A stretch of 25,073 nucleotides of DNA from Octopus sinensis (taxonomy: Eukaryota): NCBI RefSeq assembly GCF_006345805.1, contig NW_021836235.1, positions 1 through 25,073 on the forward strand, written 5' to 3'. Each line of letters starts with the position of its first letter. Position 1 is the stretch's first letter. Below, in pieces: positions 19,506 to 25,073 of this stretch. The notes beneath the pieces are model-generated. The model searched no databases and had not been told where the DNA came from. It was given only the letters and a program-made list of their open reading frames with translations. The position numbers were made by a program, and so were the translations under genes.

Positions 19506-19920
19506 ATCTAGGCATATTAGAATCTGACCGAGTACTAACTACAGAAAACAAAACGAAAAGAAAATGAAAACATTTTGTTAGTAAGCAAACTTCTCACCAC
19601 ACAGCAGCACCTGTACTTATAGCCACAGTGAAACTTTATAATCGTGACAGACATTTGCAACAGTCCAAGGTATCTAATTAATTTTAATTGGCTAAAATCT
19701 ATGGTTTTATTGCATAATAATCTACCGTATGAAAAACAAACACTGCTAACACATCAGTAACTTGTTCAATATTATTATCTGCCAAATATATTCAAATCAA
19801 TATACTTAGTAATTTAGTGCTTAACAATAATAACAATAACAAAAATAATAATAACAATAATAATAAAATTAATAGCTTTGAATACAGTCTAACAGTAATC
19901 GTACCATAGCATAATTACTC

Positions 19921-19937
19921 ACACATACACACACGCA

Positions 19938-19981
<44 letters not shown>

Positions 19982-20075
19982 ATGTATATATATATGTATA
20001 TATATGTGTATGTATATATGTGTATATATATATATTATATATATGTGTATATATATATAGATATATATATATATC

Positions 20076-20149
<74 letters not shown>

Positions 20150-20188
20150 ATATGTGTATATATATGTATATATATATATTTATGTATA

Positions 20189-20265
<77 letters not shown>

Positions 20266-20460
20266 GTGTATATATGTATGTATATATATATGTGTATATA
20301 TGTATATATATATGTGTATATATGTATGTATATATATATGTGTATATATGTATGTATATATATATGTATATATATGTGTATGTATATATATACATACACA
20401 CATACATGCATGTATATATACACATACACATGAGTATATACATTCATGTATACATAGATA
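19921..20460. repeat. ~540-bp compound (TA)n/(TG)n microsatellite
   Basis: Almost pure alternating purine-pyrimidine sequence; the source of six YIYIYI pseudo-ORFs. Confidence 0.97.
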
Positions 20461-20777
20461 ACATGAAGAGTTGATAAAAAAATGTTTTATGCTTAGAAAA
20501 TCTATAAATCATAAATAAAATAACCAAGCTTAATGGCATCATCTGTTAAATTCAGCTGTGAATAAATATTTCACTCTTATTCTCAAAAGAATATATACAT
20601 ACATACATATATTATGTATGTGTGTATGTATATACCTAGATGAAATTGAAAATGCACTGAGTCTTTCAGATGGTCTATTTTTAAACACTTAAGCAATTTT
20701 ATAAAATTTTTTTTTATTTTCAAAAGTTAAGTGAAATAGAAAAACATGGGGCTATACTGCAACTGTCTTGCTTCAGA

Positions 20778-20817
20778 CACACACACACATACACATACAT
20801 ACACACACACACATAGA

Positions 20818-20866
<49 letters not shown>
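20778..20866. repeat. (CA)n followed by a perfect (TA)n
   Basis: Abuts the tail of the adjacent SINE. Confidence 0.95.
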
Positions 20867-20868
<2 letters not shown>

Positions 20869-21238
20869 TCTTTTACTTGTTTCAGTCATTTGACTGCGGC
20901 CATGCTGGAACACCGCCTTTAGTCGAGCGAATCGACTCCATGACTTATTCTTTGTAAGCCTAGTACTTATTCTATCGGTCTCTTTCGCTGAACTGCTAAG
21001 TTACAGGGACGTAAACACACCACCATCAGTTGTCAAGCAAGGTTGGGGGGACAAACACAGACACACAAACGTATATATACATATATACGACGGGCTTCTT
21101 TCAGTTTCTGTCTACCAAATCCACTCACAAGGCTTTGGTCATCCCGAGGCTATAGTAGAAGACACTTGCCCAAGGTGCCACGCAGTGGGAATGAATCCGG
21201 AACCATGTGGTTGGTAAGCAAGCTACTTACCACACAGC
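20867..21238 (-). mobile_element. SINE family 1, near full length
   Basis: Aligns end to end with 18988-19406; the first ~10 nt of the head are missing. Confidence 0.92.
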
Positions 21239-21618
21239 CCGTCGTATATATGTATATATATATATAATGTCCATTCAACTGTGATTGCTTTATCTGACAA
21301 TGCCAAACATTGTCACATGACATTAAAGAATGGTCATAACTGAGAACTTATAAAAATTTCTTCAACCTGATCATGTGATCATTCTTGACCAATCAAAACG
21401 TATCCAAATCATGTATTAATTTAAGCCATGTTCTCTTTATAAAAACAAGTCAATTTTTGAATTCCTGTCAGAAGCAAGGCAGTTGCAGCATAGCTCCATG
21501 TCTTCCTCTCTCAACTTTTGAAAACCAGAGAAATCTGTGAAACCAGTTAAGTCTTTAAAAATCTTAAAATAAAACAATCTAAATGAATCCCAGTGCATTT
21601 TCAACATCTTTTATACAT

Positions 21619-21884
21619 AACTGGCAACTGTGCTGGTGGAATGTGTAAAAGGATTTGAGCGAGGTCGTTGCCAGTACCGCCTGACTGGCCCCCATGCCGA
21701 TGGCACGTAAAAAGCACCCACTACACTCTCGGAGTGGTTGGCATTCGGAAGGGCATCAAGCTGTAGAAACTCTGCCAAATCAAGATTGGAACCTGGTGCA
21801 GCCATCTGGTTCACCAGACCTCAGTCAAAATTGTCCAACCCATGCTAGCATGGAAAGCGGACGTTAAACGATGATGATGATGAT
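21619..21884 (+). mobile_element. RTE-type 3' UTR fragment (truncated LINE or RTE-dependent SINE tail) with (GAT)n tail
   Basis: GGCACGTAAAAAGCACCCACTACACTC..GGAAGGGCATC.AGC.GTAGAAAC..CCAACCCATGCTAGCATGGAAA is shared with 7480-7663. Confidence 0.9.
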
Positions 21885-22399
21885 AGACTGGAGCTAACCT
21901 AAGGGTGAAGATACCTCGTGTGTCAATTAGGAAAAGGTTTTGCTGATCAGATCGATCTAGGGCAATAACTGTCCTCTTTAAGGTTCAAGTAGTACAGAAT
22001 ATTCTTCTGTTTACAAATTAACTGACAATAATGGTTTACTACCTCCAGTTTGATGAGAGGTTATATGCCTGAAGTCATTAGAGTCTGACAAGTTATCTAT
22101 AAAGCTAACGGTTTTATGGATGTGAAACCATTGATCACTCTCTGACAAGACATATATTTTATCATGTATATACACACACACACACATATTTATATATGTA
22201 TGTATTTGTGTTTATTTCAAGAAGGCTTTTAATTCCGACCACAGAGGCATGATGATCAAAATTCTGAAAGCATATGATATACCTCCAAAGTCTTCTCAAT
22301 GCAACTGCAAAGCTTTATGAAGACACAAAAAGAAGAGTTATGATGCCTGATGGAGAGACCGGTTTCTTTGAAATAACAGCAAGTATACTTTAGTTGTGA

Positions 22400-22735
22400 A
22401 GGGCATGGTTCAATGGTTAGAGCATCGAACTTACGATCGTGGGGTTGAGAGCTCGAATCCTGGACCAGGCTGCGTGTTGTGTTCTTGAGCAAGACACTTA
22501 ATTTCACGTTGCTCCAGTTCACTCAGCTGTAGAAATGAGTTGCGACATCACAGGTGCCAAGCTGTATCGGCCCCTTTGCCTTTCCCTTGGGTAACATCGA
22601 TGCCACAGAGAGCAGAGGCTGGCATGCATGGGTGACTGCTGGTCTTCCACAAACAAGTTTGCCCAGACTTGTACTTTGGAGGGGAACATTCCAGATGCAA
22701 TCCCATGGTCTTTGTCATGACAGAAAGGGGTCTCA
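22400..22735 (+). mobile_element. tRNA-derived CORE-type SINE (family 3)
   Basis: A-box-like TGGTTCAATGG (22406), B-box-like GCTCGAATCC (22451), CORE-like TTGTGTTCTTGAGCAAGACACTTAA..CTCAGCTGTAGAAATGAGT. The 3' end is approximate. Confidence 0.75.
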
Positions 22736-22746
22736 GACTTTAATGG

Positions 22747-22926
22747 GATACATTCACACCATATCTGTTTGTTCTGGTACCAGACTCTATAATGCTTAAG
22801 ACCTTTGAAGGAAAAGAGGAGGAACTGGGGTTTAAATTGGAAAGACAGTGAAGTAGATGAGTCACACCAAAGTTACTTACAGATCTAGACTTTGCAGGTG
22901 ATATTACTCTTACTTCTGAAGAAATA
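22747..22926 (+). pseudogene. Ancient non-LTR RT fragment (RTE-like), with in-frame stops
   Basis: DTFTPYLFVLVPDSIMLKTFEGKEEELGFKLERQ*SR*VTPKLLTDLDFAGDITLTSEEI matches the (QG)DTLAPYLF...TDLDFADDI pattern around the RT catalytic motif. Confidence 0.75.
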
Positions 22927-23959
22927 TATCTTTGGTATCTTTTCTTTAACTGTCATTAGCTATGTATAGACGCCGGCTATCTAGTGGCCATTGACAACCA
23001 GAATCAATGGCTTCCAGAATATATGGCACTCGACTTTGGCTACAGAAGGCAATGATGATGACAACAATGAATTCAGACCACTCAATGATGTCTGCTGTCA
23101 TTGCTGGTATACATGTCTCTCATGGACACACACACACACACACACATACACACACACACATGCACACACACACACACTCACACTTGGCTTGAATATCCTC
23201 TTTCCAATAGTTTGTTGTAATGACAATATTTTTTGTTAACAATGAATATATATTTTGTTTTCAGAACTTCTCGCAGACATCTTGATCATTCATCTCTTAA
23301 CCAAGCCAAAATCTTTTTTGTTACACACGTGCGTGTGTGTGTGTGTGCACACATGCATGTGCATGTCTGTGTATGTACATATGTATACGTATATATCCAC
23401 ACACACACACACATCATGCGAAAGTACTTATTGGGACTACTGTGAATACAACCACATGTTTTGTGTCTCTACTCTTTGGAAAGCTATTGGGAATGGTATA
23501 CCGTGTGTGTGTGTGTACATGAACAAATCCCAGATGTCTTCTTTCCAGACTTTTGGCATAGAAGACATAACAAACAAGACAAATGATAGTCACTGTCAGA
23601 TCTGATTCCCCTCTTTATATTCTCATCTCAGGGACCCACTCAACATCAGTTTGGCATTTCAATCCCTGCAATTTCATAGCCATTTCCCAAAATGTTCGCA
23701 AAATGGAAATCCCGTATTCCCTTGAGATTCTTATTAATGCACCTGACACAGATTTCTTTCCATTGCATCCTGGCTATGGTCAGACCAGAGCGGCATCCAC
23801 CAAATTCTGAATCTAAATTTACTACAAACCAAACAATGAATTGCTCTTCAGAACATACACAGATGGACTGCGTCAAAAAGATAAAACACAAGCCATTCAG
23901 TTTGGAAGGCAGTGCTCCAGCATGGTCTGAGCAGAAATGGTTAAAATGACATATATTTA

Positions 23960-24184
23960 TAAATATATATATACACACACACACATGCACACATTTGTGT
24001 ACATATACAAATACATACATACAATGTGTATGTGTGTGTATGCATATATGTATGCATGCAAGTATGTATGTATTTGTATATGTACATAAAGGTGTGTGTG
24101 TATATGTATATATATTTATAAATATATGTCATTTTAACATATGTGTGTTTTAACATATATGTGTGTGTGTGTGCGTATATATAT

Positions 24185-24218
<34 letters not shown>

Positions 24219-24301
24219 ATGATTATGATGATGATGGTGATGAGGGAGAGGAGGAAGATGATTAAGGGTGTGACCACTTGATTTAAGTTTTATTTTTCTT
24301 T

Positions 24302-24347
<46 letters not shown>

Positions 24348-24495
24348 GATGCTTGTCTGCAGAGAATATTACAACATAAACAGAATTTCTCTGAGTGTAG
24401 ACTAAATATAAACACGTCTGTGAATACATATGTACATGTATGCATGTATATATGCAGGTGCATATACATATATATGCTCCTTATATATATATATT

Positions 24496-24537
<42 letters not shown>

Positions 24538-24540
24538 TGA
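23960..24540. repeat. Compound TA/CA/TG/GA microsatellite field
   Basis: Perfect (TG)n at ~24304-24346 and (GA)n at ~24516-24537, plus TA-rich runs. Confidence 0.9.
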
Positions 24541-24598
24541 GTAATAGACAGGTTAATAGATGTACATATATGCTTACTTATTGGTGTATATTAAACAG

Positions 24599-24955
24599 TC
24601 AGGAGTGGCTGAGTGGTAAGTAGCTTGTTTACCAACCACATGGTCCCGGGTTCAATCCCACTCCGTGGCACCTTGGGCAAGTGTCTTCTACTATAGCCTC
24701 GGGCCAACCATATATATATATGCGTGTGTGTGTTAGTGTGTCTGTGTTTGTCCCCCTAGCATTGCTTGACAACCGATGCTGGTGTGTTTACGTCGCCGTC
24801 ACTTAGTGGTTCGGCAAAAGAGACCGATAGAATAAGTACTGGGCTTACAAAAGAATAAGTCCCGGGGTCGAGTTGCTCGATTAAAGGCGGTGCTCCAGCA
24901 TGGCCACAGTCAAATGACTGAAACAAGTAAAAGAGAAAAAAAAAAAAAAAAGAGT
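24599..24955 (+). mobile_element. SINE family 1 with an internal deletion and an A-expanded tail
   Basis: Head AGGAGTGGCTGAGTGGTAAG; GGCCAACC joins directly to (TA)n; the tail AAGAG-A16-GAGT. Confidence 0.92.
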
Positions 24956-25073
24956 CATATGTACTAGCAGGACCCTGAAATTTCACAGAATTAATGGTAA
25001 ACCTACTGGATTATTCCTGAAAACATTAAGCTTGGTTATTTTATTTATGATTTATAGATTTTCTAAGCATTAA

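Larger units (their letters stand above)
17126..19560 (+). pseudogene. Old RLE-LINE RT fragment interrupted by nested insertions (pieces ~17126-17705, 18558-18865, 19514-19560)
   Basis: SNYRPISCL, EQKGCRK, AWIDYRKPYD, RGIFQG..LSPLIF, then IPLSLVLRKAKAGY, CMDDLK, YKYLG and, after the hAT insertion, ILESDRV. Real stops are present. Confidence 0.88.

Noticed and set aside
22051-22091. Box C (TGATGA) and box D (CTGA) pair
   Set aside because: Only ~40 nt apart with no terminal stem; too short for a C/D snoRNA.
22960-23900. Candidate host exons after acceptor-like sites at 22959, 23264 and 23631
   Set aside because: All frames are short or stop-interrupted, no recognisable protein, and no consistent splice chain.

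Overview
This is a eukaryotic, AT-rich window dense in microsatellites and transposons, with no recognisable host protein-coding gene. The SINE/LINE families and microsatellite load suggest a coleoid cephalopod such as Octopus; this is an inference, not checked. Two near-full-length non-LTR retrotransposons dominate. The first is an RTE-clade LINE (~3.5-7.66 kb, +) with an APE endonuclease, an RT and a PHD-type zinc finger inserted in ORF2. The second is an R4/Dong-type restriction-like-endonuclease (RLE) LINE (11.13-15.16 kb, +) sitting in a (TAA)n tract. From 10.8 to 19.6 kb the window is a chain of SINEs and LINE fragments separated by TAA tracts, ending in a multi-level nest. In that nest an old RLE-LINE RT is interrupted by (i) a Penelope-like 3' end, in which a GIY-YIG C-terminus is followed by a tRNA-like head, TAA and a minimal hammerhead-ribozyme motif, and (ii) a hAT MITE with a perfect 8-bp TSD that itself holds a SINE. 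Also present are a Mutator-like MITE with 172-bp TIRs, several modular SINE families and a cryptic TGCA-rich region. Most ORFs in the supplied track are microsatellite artefacts. Family names rest on motif recognition only; no database search was run, and many boundaries are approximate.
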